From an uncultured virus (IMG/VR IMGVR_UViG_3300037692_000302) (taxonomy: Duplodnaviria; Heunggongvirae; Uroviricota; Caudoviricetes), in IMG/VR virus record IMGVR_UViG_3300037692_000302: a stretch of DNA of 64,000 bases; one strand, given 5' to 3'. Below are positions 8,393-16,914 of this stretch, one piece after another. The notes under the pieces were generated by a model that saw only the letters and a program-made list of their open reading frames with translations, was not told the DNA's origin and made no database searches. A program made the position numbers and the translations under genes. Position 1 is the stretch's first letter. Each line of letters starts with the position of its first letter.

Positions 8393-9144
8393 GGGCGCTC
8401 CGCCGCTTCTTGCGGCTCGTCAGTCGGGGGATCGCGGCCCAGCGCAAGAACTGGTCCAAGTGGGTCCTGTGCGGACGATTCGTGCCCGCCGTACGGCGCC
8501 TGGCCGGAACGGGCATCGGCCTGTGGTTCCTGGGCTCGCTGGTGATGAACGCGCCGGGCATGATGTGGCCGGCCGTCGGTCTCTGGCTCGCCGCGGCGTG
8601 GCGGGCCGGCCGGAACATCGAGGAGGAGACGCGCAACGAGGAGCGGTTCGTGCAGTGGCTGCGCGACGTGATCGGCGACCGCAACGGCGTGCTGCTGTCC
8701 GAGCTGCTCGCGGCCTGGCACGAGGCGGGCGTGAATCTCGACTGGGAGGTGGCTCAGGTCCGGTCGATCTGCGAGCGGCTGGCCATCCCGGTGCGGGACA
8801 AGCTGAAGGTCGGCGGGGTGGTGTCGGTCGGTGTGCACGTGGATGACTTCACGCGTGTGTGGGATGTGGAGGTGACACCCCCTCCCCCGGCCCAGGAGGC
8901 CGCCCCTTCTGAGGCGGTGACCAGCGATAACTACTTGTCAACCGTGGAGGCCACGCCGATCGCGGTCGGGGCCGCGTGGTCACTACACGCGTCCCGCAAA
9001 CCGGCCCCCGAGGGAGCCGACGCGGATGCCGAAGAGGCCGAGCGGCTGCGCATCCAGGCCGTGATGAACCGGGTCGATGAGCTCAAAGAGGCGGCCTTCG
9101 AGGACCACCTCACGGACGCCCTCGGCATCCTCCACACCGACTGA
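8389..9144 (+). CDS. membrane-anchored hypothetical protein
   Basis: Two TM segments then a soluble domain; GTGA overlap. Confidence 0.7.
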   Translation: MRALRRFLRLVSRGIAAQRKNWSKWVLCGRFVPAVRRLAGTGIGLWFLGSLVMNAPGMMWPAVGLWLAAAWRAGRNIEEETRNEERFVQWLRDVIGDRNGVLLSELLAAWHEAGVNLDWEVAQVRSICERLAIPVRDKLKVGGVVSVGVHVDDFTRVWDVEVTPPPPAQEAAPSEAVTSDNYLSTVEATPIAVGAAWSLHASRKPAPEGADADAEEAERLRIQAVMNRVDELKEAAFEDHLTDALGILHTD

Positions 9145-9208
9145 ACGAACGCGCCCGGCCCCGCTCGCGGACTCCCGCGGCGGGGCCTTCGTGCGTCACC
9201 ATGGGCCC

Positions 9209-9391
9209 ATGCCTGCCGCGCTGAAGTTCACCGGGGAAGAGAAAGACCTGACGCTCGATGAGCTGACCGCGTTCGTCGAGGCAGCCAGGAAGGCCGGCGT
9301 CCCCGGCGCCAACCCGGTCCGTGCCGAGCTGTCGACGTCCGGGAAGATCAAAGAGGTTGAGATCGCGCTCACCGAGGACGACGACCGGTAG
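9209..9391 (+). CDS. small hypothetical protein (probably leaderless)
   Basis: CACCAT -10-like hexamer 6 nt upstream of ATG. Confidence 0.6.
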   Translation: MPAALKFTGEEKDLTLDELTAFVEAARKAGVPGANPVRAELSTSGKIKEVEIALTEDDDR

Positions 9392-9493
9392 CGCCTGTCA
9401 CACTGGGTCTCGCGCCGGGTAACTCCCGGCCCCCTGACGGCCCCGCCCCGCACCCCCCAGCGGAGCGGGGTCGGCCCGCATCCGGAGGACCCC

Positions 9494-9634
9494 GTGAATC
9501 CCAGCGCCCTGCGTCAGCCGGTCCGGCCGCCCGCCAGGTCTACCCCGCTCGGCCAGACTGATCCGCGCACCCTCGACCGCCTCCCGGGTGCGGCACCCCG
9601 GACGAGGAAGGCGACGTTCAACTCGGCGGTGTAG
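9494..9634 (+). CDS. FxSxx-COOH-type RiPP precursor-like peptide, 46 aa, orphan
   Basis: GGAGG RBS then GTG; MNPSALRQPVRPPARSTPLGQTDPRTLDRLPGAAPRTRKATFNSAV*; C-terminal F-N-S-A-V-stop. Confidence 0.75.
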   Translation: MNPSALRQPVRPPARSTPLGQTDPRTLDRLPGAAPRTRKATFNSAV

Positions 9635-9692
9635 CCGCCTGCTGTCGGTTCCGGCCGCTACGATCCGGCGCACCAACGTCCTTGGGGGGACC

Positions 9693-10028
9693 ATGCGCCG
9701 TACCGCCGTTCTGCTCGCCTGCCTGCTGCCGCTGACTGCCTGCTCGGCCGGTTCCGATCCGGCCCCGGCGGTGACGGTCACCGCGACGAAGTCCCCGTCT
9801 CTGTCGGCCGCCGACGCGCGGGCCGCCTGCGTGGACGCGTGGCTGGCGGTATTGGAAAACACGCCGGACGATGCGCCAGATGTGGCGGACAAGCCTGCCG
9901 TATGTGAGGGGCAGGCGGGGCAGGCGACGATGTATGCGGAGGCGTTGCAGACGCGGAACCAGGCGAACCGGGATGAGCTGGATGCATGCCTGGAGGATCC
10001 GGAGTGCACGGGTTGGCCAGTGCCGTAG
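9693..10028 (+). CDS. lipoprotein
   Basis: Signal peptide with lipobox LTAC; GGGGGA RBS. Confidence 0.8.
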   Translation: MRRTAVLLACLLPLTACSAGSDPAPAVTVTATKSPSLSAADARAACVDAWLAVLENTPDDAPDVADKPAVCEGQAGQATMYAEALQTRNQANRDELDACLEDPECTGWPVP

Positions 10029-10040
10029 GGCGTACGCGAG

Positions 10041-10072
10041 AGGCCCCGTCCGGGATGGTCCGGGCGGGGCCT
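10041..10072. terminator. bidirectional terminator-like hairpin
   Basis: AGGCCCCGTCCGG...CCGGGCGGGGCCT between convergent genes. Confidence 0.65.
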
Positions 10073-10087
10073 TCGTCGTGCGGTGGG

Positions 10088-10384
10088 CTACTCGCCCGGA
10101 TGTGCGGGGCCCAAGCCGGTCGGCGCCTTCAACGGCCACGTGCCGCCCTGCGCCTCGACCTTGCCGCGCACGGAAGCGAAGACGTCGTCCAGCGACAGCC
10201 GCTCGCCCGTGTCGAGAGTGCCGCGCTCAACACCGAGGGCGTCCTCGATCTGGTCTCGGTAGTAGTACCAGGCGACTTCCCTGCCGCCGCCCTCGTCGGT
10301 CTCCTGCTGGGTGCGGTCCATGTCCTGGAGCAGTTCGACGAGGCGGCCGATCTGCTGGTCTGGGGTGGGTTCCGTCCCGCTCAT
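10088..10384 (-). CDS. hypothetical protein
   Basis: Last gene of a coupled minus-strand operon. Confidence 0.6.
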   Translation of the reverse strand: MSGTEPTPDQQIGRLVELLQDMDRTQQETDEGGGREVAWYYYRDQIEDALGVERGTLDTGERLSLDDVFASVRGKVEAQGGTWPLKAPTGLGPAHPGE

Positions 10385-10818
10385 GTGGTGGGTCCTCCGA
10401 CGATCGTCTCGACGAGAACCTTCTGCACCTGGTCCGACCAGCGCTCCACCTCGACGCCGTCATCGCAGCGCACAAGCCCAACCCTGAACGGGCTGTCCAC
10501 ATCATCAGAGAGACGGCGACTGTCCACCAACTGCACAACGCAGTCGAAGCCTTCCCCGTGCAGCCACGCTCGGACCGTGTCGCCGCGCTTGATGGGTGTC
10601 CCGCGATAGTCGAACGCGATCACGTGCCCGTTGCCGGCGTAGGCGTCGGCCAACGCTTCACGGCGGGCAGTCGTCTCGGTTTTAGCAAGTACGCGGTCGC
10701 GCATCAAAGCGAAGTACGTCCATGCGGCCAGTTGGTATGCCTCCTCGGTGGGGAAGTCGCTCCGCTTTGGGCATTCGCGCATGCTTGAGAGTTCGTCGAC
10801 CGTGTAGACGTCGTTCAC
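10381..10818 (-). CDS. hypothetical protein
   Basis: GAGGAG RBS; GTGA overlap. Confidence 0.6.
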   Translation of the reverse strand: MNDVYTVDELSSMRECPKRSDFPTEEAYQLAAWTYFALMRDRVLAKTETTARREALADAYAGNGHVIAFDYRGTPIKRGDTVRAWLHGEGFDCVVQLVDSRRLSDDVDSPFRVGLVRCDDGVEVERWSDQVQKVLVETIVGGPTT

Positions 10819-11135
10819 GTGGTCGGCTCCTCGCCACGCGCGCTCGCGTCCAGTCGTGCCCGATGCTTGCGCACACCGTCCTCGTCGTACGGCGCATCCA
10901 CCCAGATCTCTGCATGGATCCGCTGGTACACGCCATCCTCGACCAGCTGGATGTCCAGCTCGGTCCACGGGGTAGGCCCGACGAGCGGGGTGATCGCCTT
11001 GATGCGCTCCTCGAACCAGTCACAGTGCATCGACCACTGGCCGTTGATGGCGGCGCGGCGTGCGGTCTGGAGGTCGGTCCAGAGGCAGGCGAGTTCGTTA
11101 CGCAGGGCGCTGCGCAGGGTCTCGATGTCGCTCAT
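10815..11135 (-). CDS. hypothetical protein
   Basis: AAGGAGA RBS; ATGA overlap. Confidence 0.6.
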   Translation of the reverse strand: MSDIETLRSALRNELACLWTDLQTARRAAINGQWSMHCDWFEERIKAITPLVGPTPWTELDIQLVEDGVYQRIHAEIWVDAPYDEDGVRKHRARLDASARGEEPTT

Positions 11136-11380
11136 CCGCTCGTCTCCTTGCTGGCGGCCGGAAGCACCGGCCACGTGATCTCCACGCCGTCGTCGCCGTA
11201 ATAGAACCTGCGCGGACCCGCCCACCCCGCCGCGAAGTCGTTGGTGATCCTCTTCACTGCCGCCTCGATCATCGACCTGACGAGGTCGGCGCCCACCTCC
11301 GGGGCGTGCCATTGTGCGACGTCGGCGACCTCAACCGTCACGGTGATCTGCACGCGGCCTGGCTTCGGGTTGGGACTCAC
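11132..11380 (-). CDS. hypothetical protein
   Basis: Coupled ORF with RBS. Confidence 0.55.
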   Translation of the reverse strand: MSPNPKPGRVQITVTVEVADVAQWHAPEVGADLVRSMIEAAVKRITNDFAAGWAGPRRFYYGDDGVEITWPVLPAASKETSG

Positions 11381-11601
11381 GGGGTCGGCTCCTCGCTGCT
11401 CACCGGGTGCTCGCTGATCTGCTCGGCTGCGCGCCTCAACTCCGCGTTGTTCCGGTCGAACACCTCATCCATCTTGCGTTGCGTCCAGCCCAGCGCCTCG
11501 GCAGGGGTTGGCCCACTCCAGTCGGCGAGGAGCAGCAGGCGTTCCATGGCTTTCCCGGAGAGGGGCCGCGGCTCGGGCTCGGGGGTGGCGTTGTCGCTCA
11601 T
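11377..11601 (-). CDS. hypothetical protein
   Basis: Coupled ORF with GAGGAG RBS. Confidence 0.55.
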   Translation of the reverse strand: MSDNATPEPEPRPLSGKAMERLLLLADWSGPTPAEALGWTQRKMDEVFDRNNAELRRAAEQISEHPVSSEEPTP

Positions 11602-12107
11602 GCGTTGTTCTCCTCGCTGTCGGCCGGGCGCTCCGGGCGCTCCGGGAGTGCGTTGCGTAGTTGCTCGATCAGCATGCGCGTCACGTGCCCACGCCGAGCC
11701 TGATCGGCACGCGACCTTGGCGCCGAGCCCATCCTCGCCTCACGCTCCTCGGTGAGGCTACGACCCCACAGACGACGCGCCATCGAGTCGACATGGCCCG
11801 GCGAGCAGCCCAGCCGCCGTGCCGCCTTCGCTGCCGCTTCGCACGGCCCATTCGCCGCCGGGGAGGGATTCGGTAGGCCATCGACGAGATGCGCCAGCGT
11901 GATGCCGAAGATCTGAGCCGCGACCGTCAACGCGTAGGCGCTGACCCCGTGCTTCCCCTGCTCGATCTGGCCGACGGTGGTCCGGTGCCAAGGGAGTCCC
12001 AGCGCTTTTGCCTGCTGGGCGATGCCTTCCCTGGTTTGGCCACTCTGCTCTCTGGCTTGAGCCAGGCGTTCGCCGAGTGCGGCGTCGAACTCCCGTTGCG
12101 CCGTCAC
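11598..12107 (-). CDS. XRE-family HTH transcriptional regulator
   Basis: LGERLAQAREQSGQTREGIA...WHRTTVGQIEQG. Confidence 0.8.
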   Translation of the reverse strand: MTAQREFDAALGERLAQAREQSGQTREGIAQQAKALGLPWHRTTVGQIEQGKHGVSAYALTVAAQIFGITLAHLVDGLPNPSPAANGPCEAAAKAARRLGCSPGHVDSMARRLWGRSLTEEREARMGSAPRSRADQARRGHVTRMLIEQLRNALPERPERPADSEENNA

Positions 12108-12895
12108 GCGCCTTCCTCCTCGCCGACCGTCGGGCGCTCCCCGTACACCTCGTCGTGCTTCAACAGCTCCATGTCCAGGGCGGTGTGCATAACCGCGAAG
12201 CCCTTGGACCCGTCGGCCGCCGCCTCCTCGACCTGGTCCAGCTTCTTCAACTGCATCTCGCTGGCCAAGGACCGGGCGCGCGCGGCGAAGGTTGCCGCTT
12301 CCTCGTCGGTCACCGGGCGGCCGGTGGCATTGGTCACCGGCGGCTCGTCCAGCTCCGGAATCTTGAAGCCCTTCTGGTGCCCCAAGTCCACGATCAGATA
12401 GTCCAGGTCGGGCCCTTGCAGGTGCGGGTACTCCTGCCGGATTCCCTCGACCCACTCGGGTGATGTGGTCTCGGCCTTGTCGACCAGCCACGTGATGCGG
12501 TCGAGCGGGAGCGCCAAGACCTTCCAGGAGATGGACGGCACAGGCTTCCGCAGGGTCTCGGTGACCTGCTGGCGGGGCGTGGCGGCGGCGGGGCTCGGCT
12601 CCTTCGACTTGGTTGTGGCTTCGAGTGAGGCGGCGGCCAGGAGGCGTGCGCGCGCCGTCTCGGTCCGCGCCTTGTAGGACGGATCGGCATGGATGTCGTT
12701 GTCACGGGCGAGCTTGCGGACGTATGCGGCAGTCCACTCGGCGCGGCGGGCGATGTCGGTTGGGGCCGCGTCTGGCTGCCGAAGTGCTTCGAGGACGAGT
12801 TCGGTGAGTCCTTGGCGGGACTGCTTGGCCTTGGCCTCGTCGCGTTTGTATCGGGCTGCGGCGGCGGCGATGGGGTCGGGGTCGTCGGTGGTCAT
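12104..12895 (-). CDS. N-terminal HTH DNA-binding protein
   Basis: PTDIARRAEWTAAYVRKLAR HTH; divergent from the 13035 operon. Confidence 0.7.
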   Translation of the reverse strand: MTTDDPDPIAAAAARYKRDEAKAKQSRQGLTELVLEALRQPDAAPTDIARRAEWTAAYVRKLARDNDIHADPSYKARTETARARLLAAASLEATTKSKEPSPAAATPRQQVTETLRKPVPSISWKVLALPLDRITWLVDKAETTSPEWVEGIRQEYPHLQGPDLDYLIVDLGHQKGFKIPELDEPPVTNATGRPVTDEEAATFAARARSLASEMQLKKLDQVEEAAADGSKGFAVMHTALDMELLKHDEVYGERPTVGEEEGA

Positions 12896-12905
12896 GGGTT
12901 CAGGG

Positions 12906-13016
12906 TAGCGCTGCGTGGGTCCGCTGAAAAGAAGCGCACGGAAAGAGCGCAATGCTATTGCGCTCAACCCTAGCGCTCCCTATGCTGATGCCAGACAGCG
13001 CAACGAAGTAGCGCTG
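12906..13016. promoter_or_regulatory. divergent promoter region with repeated AGCGC(T/A) sites
   Basis: Palindrome GAGCGCAAT-GCT-ATTGCGCTC and three TAGCGCT copies. Confidence 0.6.
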
Positions 13017-13034
13017 AACGTCGAGGGGGACCCG

Positions 13035-13376
13035 ATGAACGCACGCACCCGCACCGCCCGCCGCATCCTCGCCCAGCGCACCCGCACCAACCGCGCCGCC
13101 GCGAAGATCCGCCGCACCGGACACGGCACCCTCGCCACCCACTGCATCGCCGCCGGACTCGGCATCCGAGAGGCGCGCACCGTCGCCGGGTCCCTCCGCA
13201 AGAACGCCGCCAAGGCCGACGTCACCGGACAGGCCGGGACCAGCTACGCCAAGAACATCAAGTCCCATGCCTGCACCCGCTACACCCCGGCCGAGGTCGC
13301 CCGCATCGCGGTCATCTACCGCCCCCGCAAGGCCGCCTACAAGGTTGCCGCTGCCAAGCTCGCCCTCGCCGCCTGA
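13035..13376 (+). CDS. basic hypothetical protein
   Basis: GAGGGGG RBS; Arg/Lys/Ala-rich. Confidence 0.7.
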   Translation: MNARTRTARRILAQRTRTNRAAAKIRRTGHGTLATHCIAAGLGIREARTVAGSLRKNAAKADVTGQAGTSYAKNIKSHACTRYTPAEVARIAVIYRPRKAAYKVAAAKLALAA

Positions 13377-13389
13377 AGAGAGAGAAGAG

Positions 13390-13902
13390 TTGAAGTCGTT
13401 GAGCAAGCGTCGCTGGCCTTCGGTCCGAGAGAGATTGCTGAGTCGCGTAGTGATCGACGCGAACGAATGCTGGATCTACACCGGAACGATCACGGATCAG
13501 GGGTACGGACAGATCGGCGTAGAGGGAAGGGTTCGGCAGGCTTACAAAGTTGCCTACGAACTGTTCATCGGAGAAGTGCCGCCCGGGCTGGAACTCGACC
13601 ACCTCTGCCACACGCGCGATCTGGCGTGCATCAGCAATACCGAATGCCGACACCGGCGTTGCGTGAATCCGTGGCACCTCGAACCGGTGACGCCGGAAGA
13701 GAACACGCGACGATCGAACAACCCCAGCGCAATCAACGGCCGCAAGACTCACTGCATCCACGGCCACGAGTTCACGTCGGCGAACACCTACGTCAAGCCG
13801 AACGGTCATCGGCAGTGTCGCCAGTGCGGCCGTGAAACGTCGGCTCGCTACTTCGCCACCAAGGGGCGAGCGAGGGACCGCCGCCGCCGCCGATCCGACT
13901 GA
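13390..13902 (+). CDS. HNH endonuclease
   Basis: CWIYTG..YG...LDHLC..CVNPWHLEPVT..EN; KTHCIHGH; start approximate. Confidence 0.85.
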   Translation: MKSLSKRRWPSVRERLLSRVVIDANECWIYTGTITDQGYGQIGVEGRVRQAYKVAYELFIGEVPPGLELDHLCHTRDLACISNTECRHRRCVNPWHLEPVTPEENTRRSNNPSAINGRKTHCIHGHEFTSANTYVKPNGHRQCRQCGRETSARYFATKGRARDRRRRRSD

Positions 13903-13981
13903 TGCCTTGACCTCGCCGCCTGAGACCAACTCCACGACGCAGCAGACGAACCAGACCCGCAGCCCGGCCCCGGAGGCCGCC

Positions 13982-14167
13982 ATGCAGATCGGCCCGCGCA
14001 CCGTCATCTTCCACTCGCCCGACTCACACACCCTGTGGGACCGCCACATCGACGGCACCACCTACCGCTTCATGGTCGTCCACGACAGCAAAGGGCAGCT
14101 CCAAGCGGCAGCCTGGCGGGTCGATCGGCGGAACTCGCTGACCGTGGCCCACCAGTGGCGTCACTGA
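13982..14167 (+). CDS. hypothetical protein
   Basis: GGAGG RBS. Confidence 0.55.
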   Translation: MQIGPRTVIFHSPDSHTLWDRHIDGTTYRFMVVHDSKGQLQAAAWRVDRRNSLTVAHQWRH

Positions 14168-14229
14168 CCTCCCCACCACCGCCCGCGTCCAACTCCTCGC
14201 CGACGCGCTCGCCGTTTAAGGAACCCGCC

Positions 14230-14958
14230 ATGCGCACCCATGCCACAGCACAACTCATCGGCGACCGCAGTCACCAATGCGATGCCACCGCGACCGCCGC
14301 CGGCCCCAACGGCACCCGCGCCCACGTCCTCCTCGACGGCATCGGCAGCTCCGACGAGACCCGCGACTGGACCCGTACCGCGGCCCGAAAGCTGGCCCGC
14401 TCCGCCGCCTACCACGCCGACGCGGAAACCGGCCTGCGCACCCAGTACGAGAAGTACGCCGCCGACCCCGACCGGCAAGGCCCCTGGGGCTTCGGACCGA
14501 ATGCCTGCGCGATCGTCGCCGTCACCACCCCACGCTGGCTCACCATCGCCTGGTGCGGCGACACCCGCGCCTACCTGATGGTCCGCGGTACAGTCCTGCG
14601 GCTCACCGCCGATCACAACCTGCGGCGCGTCTATCCGCCGGACGACGTCTACCCGACCGGCGGGAGCCGCAACACGGTGACCAGCTGCCTCGGCTCTCCG
14701 CACACCGACGACGAGGTGAAAGCCGAGTACGGGCACCCCGCGATCGAAGCGGTCACCCGCCCCGCCGAGGACTGCCGACTGTTGCTCGCCTCTGACGGCG
14801 CGTACGAGCCGTTGGAGGACTCGCTGCGCAACCTCGCCGACTACCTCACCGGCGCGCCCGGCTATGCGGCCCGTGACTTCGTCACCGCCGCCGTCGAGCA
14901 CGCCACCCTGCACGCCGACAACGCCACCGTCCTCATCGCAGACCTTGCCGCCCGCTGA
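14230..14958 (+). CDS. PP2C/PPM-family protein phosphatase-like protein
   Basis: RSHQCD, LLDGIG, AWCGDTRAY, LTADH, LLLASDG, DNATV motifs. Confidence 0.8.
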   Translation: MRTHATAQLIGDRSHQCDATATAAGPNGTRAHVLLDGIGSSDETRDWTRTAARKLARSAAYHADAETGLRTQYEKYAADPDRQGPWGFGPNACAIVAVTTPRWLTIAWCGDTRAYLMVRGTVLRLTADHNLRRVYPPDDVYPTGGSRNTVTSCLGSPHTDDEVKAEYGHPAIEAVTRPAEDCRLLLASDGAYEPLEDSLRNLADYLTGAPGYAARDFVTAAVEHATLHADNATVLIADLAAR

Positions 14959-14969
14959 AGGAGACCCCC

Positions 14970-15236
14970 ATGGACAAGCTCAACCCCGACGCCCTCGCCG
15001 AGTGGGGCGAAGAGGAAAGCGCACCCGATGAGGACGTACGGCCCGGCGTGCAGCGCGACGTCACCGCCCAGATGATCGCGGACTACGTCACCGACGAGGG
15101 CGACCTGCCCCGCGAGTCCGCCGAACCCTTCGGCCAGTACCTGCACCAGGCGTGGAACGACTACGTGGAGAGCGAGACGCTCACGCAACGGGACCTGATC
15201 GCCGGGGCCCTCGCGTTCTGGCGCGGCACCGCCTGA
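14970..15236 (+). CDS. acidic hypothetical protein
   Basis: AAGGAGA RBS. Confidence 0.7.
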   Translation: MDKLNPDALAEWGEEESAPDEDVRPGVQRDVTAQMIADYVTDEGDLPRESAEPFGQYLHQAWNDYVESETLTQRDLIAGALAFWRGTA

Positions 15237-15282
15237 ACCGCAGTCACCCGCCCCGCCGTCACCTTCACCCAAGGAGCACCCC

Positions 15283-15753
15283 ATGGACTTCCGCCAGGCC
15301 TTCAACATCGTCACCGCCGAACTCACCCCGCAGCCCTGGGACTACACCATGGCTTCCGGCACCCGTCTCCGCGTCATCCCCGCCGGCCTGCACGCAGACA
15401 AGGGCGACGCCGAGGTACTCATCCGCATCACCCGCCCCGACGCCACCGGCCTCTACGACTACGGAGTCACCGGACCCGACAGCCGCGGCGTCGCCGAAGT
15501 CGGCGTACCCACCGCCGTCCTGCCCGGCCTGATCCAGGCGCTCACCGATCAGGAAACCTGGGAGGACAACACTCTGATCGCCGGTGCTCTCTTCGTGCGC
15601 CCGGACGTCTCCGGTGTGGCCGTGACCGTGACCGAGATTCACTCCGCGGACCGGCAGGAGAAGGCGTTCGCCAGTCTGCCGGAGGCGCAGCGTCTGCCGC
15701 TCGCGTCCGCACTCCGCCGCGCCCTCGACGTGGCGCGCGGGTGGGAGCAGTAG
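15283..15753 (+). CDS. hypothetical protein
   Basis: AAGGAG RBS. Confidence 0.7.
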   Translation: MDFRQAFNIVTAELTPQPWDYTMASGTRLRVIPAGLHADKGDAEVLIRITRPDATGLYDYGVTGPDSRGVAEVGVPTAVLPGLIQALTDQETWEDNTLIAGALFVRPDVSGVAVTVTEIHSADRQEKAFASLPEAQRLPLASALRRALDVARGWEQ

Positions 15754-15842
15754 CCGCCCCGGGCGCCGTCGAACGACGGCGCCACCGCCTGACTGGCCGA
15801 CACGGCAGACTGAGCCACGCCGCCGCCGCAAGGAGAACCCGC

Positions 15843-16754
15843 ATGGGACGCGAGATCCGCCGAGTGCCAGCCGACTTCGACTGGCCCCTCAGCAAGGTCT
15901 GGGAAGGCTTCCTCAGCCCCGACAAGTTCGACGAAACCCCCTGCCCCGACTGCAAGAACGGCTACTCGGCGCAGGCACAGAACCTGTACGACCTCTGGTA
16001 CGGCTACCTGCCCTTCGATCCGGCCAGCACCGGATCGACGCCGTGGCGCCACGACAGCCCGGCCGTCCGGGCGTTCGCCGAGCGCAACATCGCCAACGCG
16101 CCCGACTACTACGGCACCGGCGAGAACGCCACCGTCCGCGAGGGACAGCGGCTCGCGAACCTGTGGAACGGCATGTGGTCCCACCACCTCACCCAAGACG
16201 ACGTCGACGCGCTCGTCGCCGCCGGCCGCCTCCGCAACTTCACCCACACCTGGACCCGCGAGACTCGCTGGCAGAAGATCGAACCGCCCGTAGTGCCGAC
16301 TGCCGCACAGGTCAACGAGTGGTCGCCGAGCGACCTTGGCCACGACGCGATCAACGCGGGCGTCGTCATCCGCGCCCGCTGCGAACGTGAAGGCATCGAC
16401 GACACCTGCCCGACCTGCAAGGGCCACGGCTCGATCGAGAAGTACGAGGGCCAGCGCGCCGAGGCCGAAGCGTGGGAGCCGACCGACCCGCCGCAGGGCG
16501 ACGGCTGGCAGCTGTGGGAGACCGTATCCGAGGGCTCCCCGATCAGCCCCGTGTTTGCTGCCCCCGAAGAGCTGGCTCACTGGATGGCCTCCCCGGCCTA
16601 CACGTGGGGGGCGGTCAAGTCGGATGCCGATCGGCCGACCTACGAATCAGCCCTTCGCTTCGTCGGGGAAGGCTGGGCACCCTCGTTCGTCTTCAGCCCG
16701 CAGACCGGTGTCGTGTCCGGTGTTGAGTGGGTCGGCACCCAAGACGACGCCTGA
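15843..16754 (+). CDS. phage hypothetical protein with a split CxxC zinc motif
   Basis: MGREIRRVP..FDWP; CPDC/CPTCKGHG; GWQLWETVSEGSPISPVF. Confidence 0.8.
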   Translation: MGREIRRVPADFDWPLSKVWEGFLSPDKFDETPCPDCKNGYSAQAQNLYDLWYGYLPFDPASTGSTPWRHDSPAVRAFAERNIANAPDYYGTGENATVREGQRLANLWNGMWSHHLTQDDVDALVAAGRLRNFTHTWTRETRWQKIEPPVVPTAAQVNEWSPSDLGHDAINAGVVIRARCEREGIDDTCPTCKGHGSIEKYEGQRAEAEAWEPTDPPQGDGWQLWETVSEGSPISPVFAAPEELAHWMASPAYTWGAVKSDADRPTYESALRFVGEGWAPSFVFSPQTGVVSGVEWVGTQDDA

Positions 16755-16914
16755 CCCCGCGCACACCGAAGGCCCGCACCCGACGCCATCGGGAGCGGGC
16801 CCGCTCGCGTGCACCATTCCCACAGATCGGTAACAGAACCGGCCGACTCCCTCTCACCCCACCTACATCGGATAGCGTCCCCCATTCCGCGAAACACCAT
16901 CCCAGGGGGGACTC

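Noticed and set aside
4839..9144. Complete AICE or conjugative plasmid inserted in the phage
   Set aside because: No TraB/FtsK ATPase, Rep or dedicated integrase and no flanking direct repeats seen
9494..9634. Complete RiPP biosynthetic gene cluster
   Set aside because: No radical SAM (CxxxCxxC), protease or transporter gene nearby; reported only as an orphan precursor-like peptide
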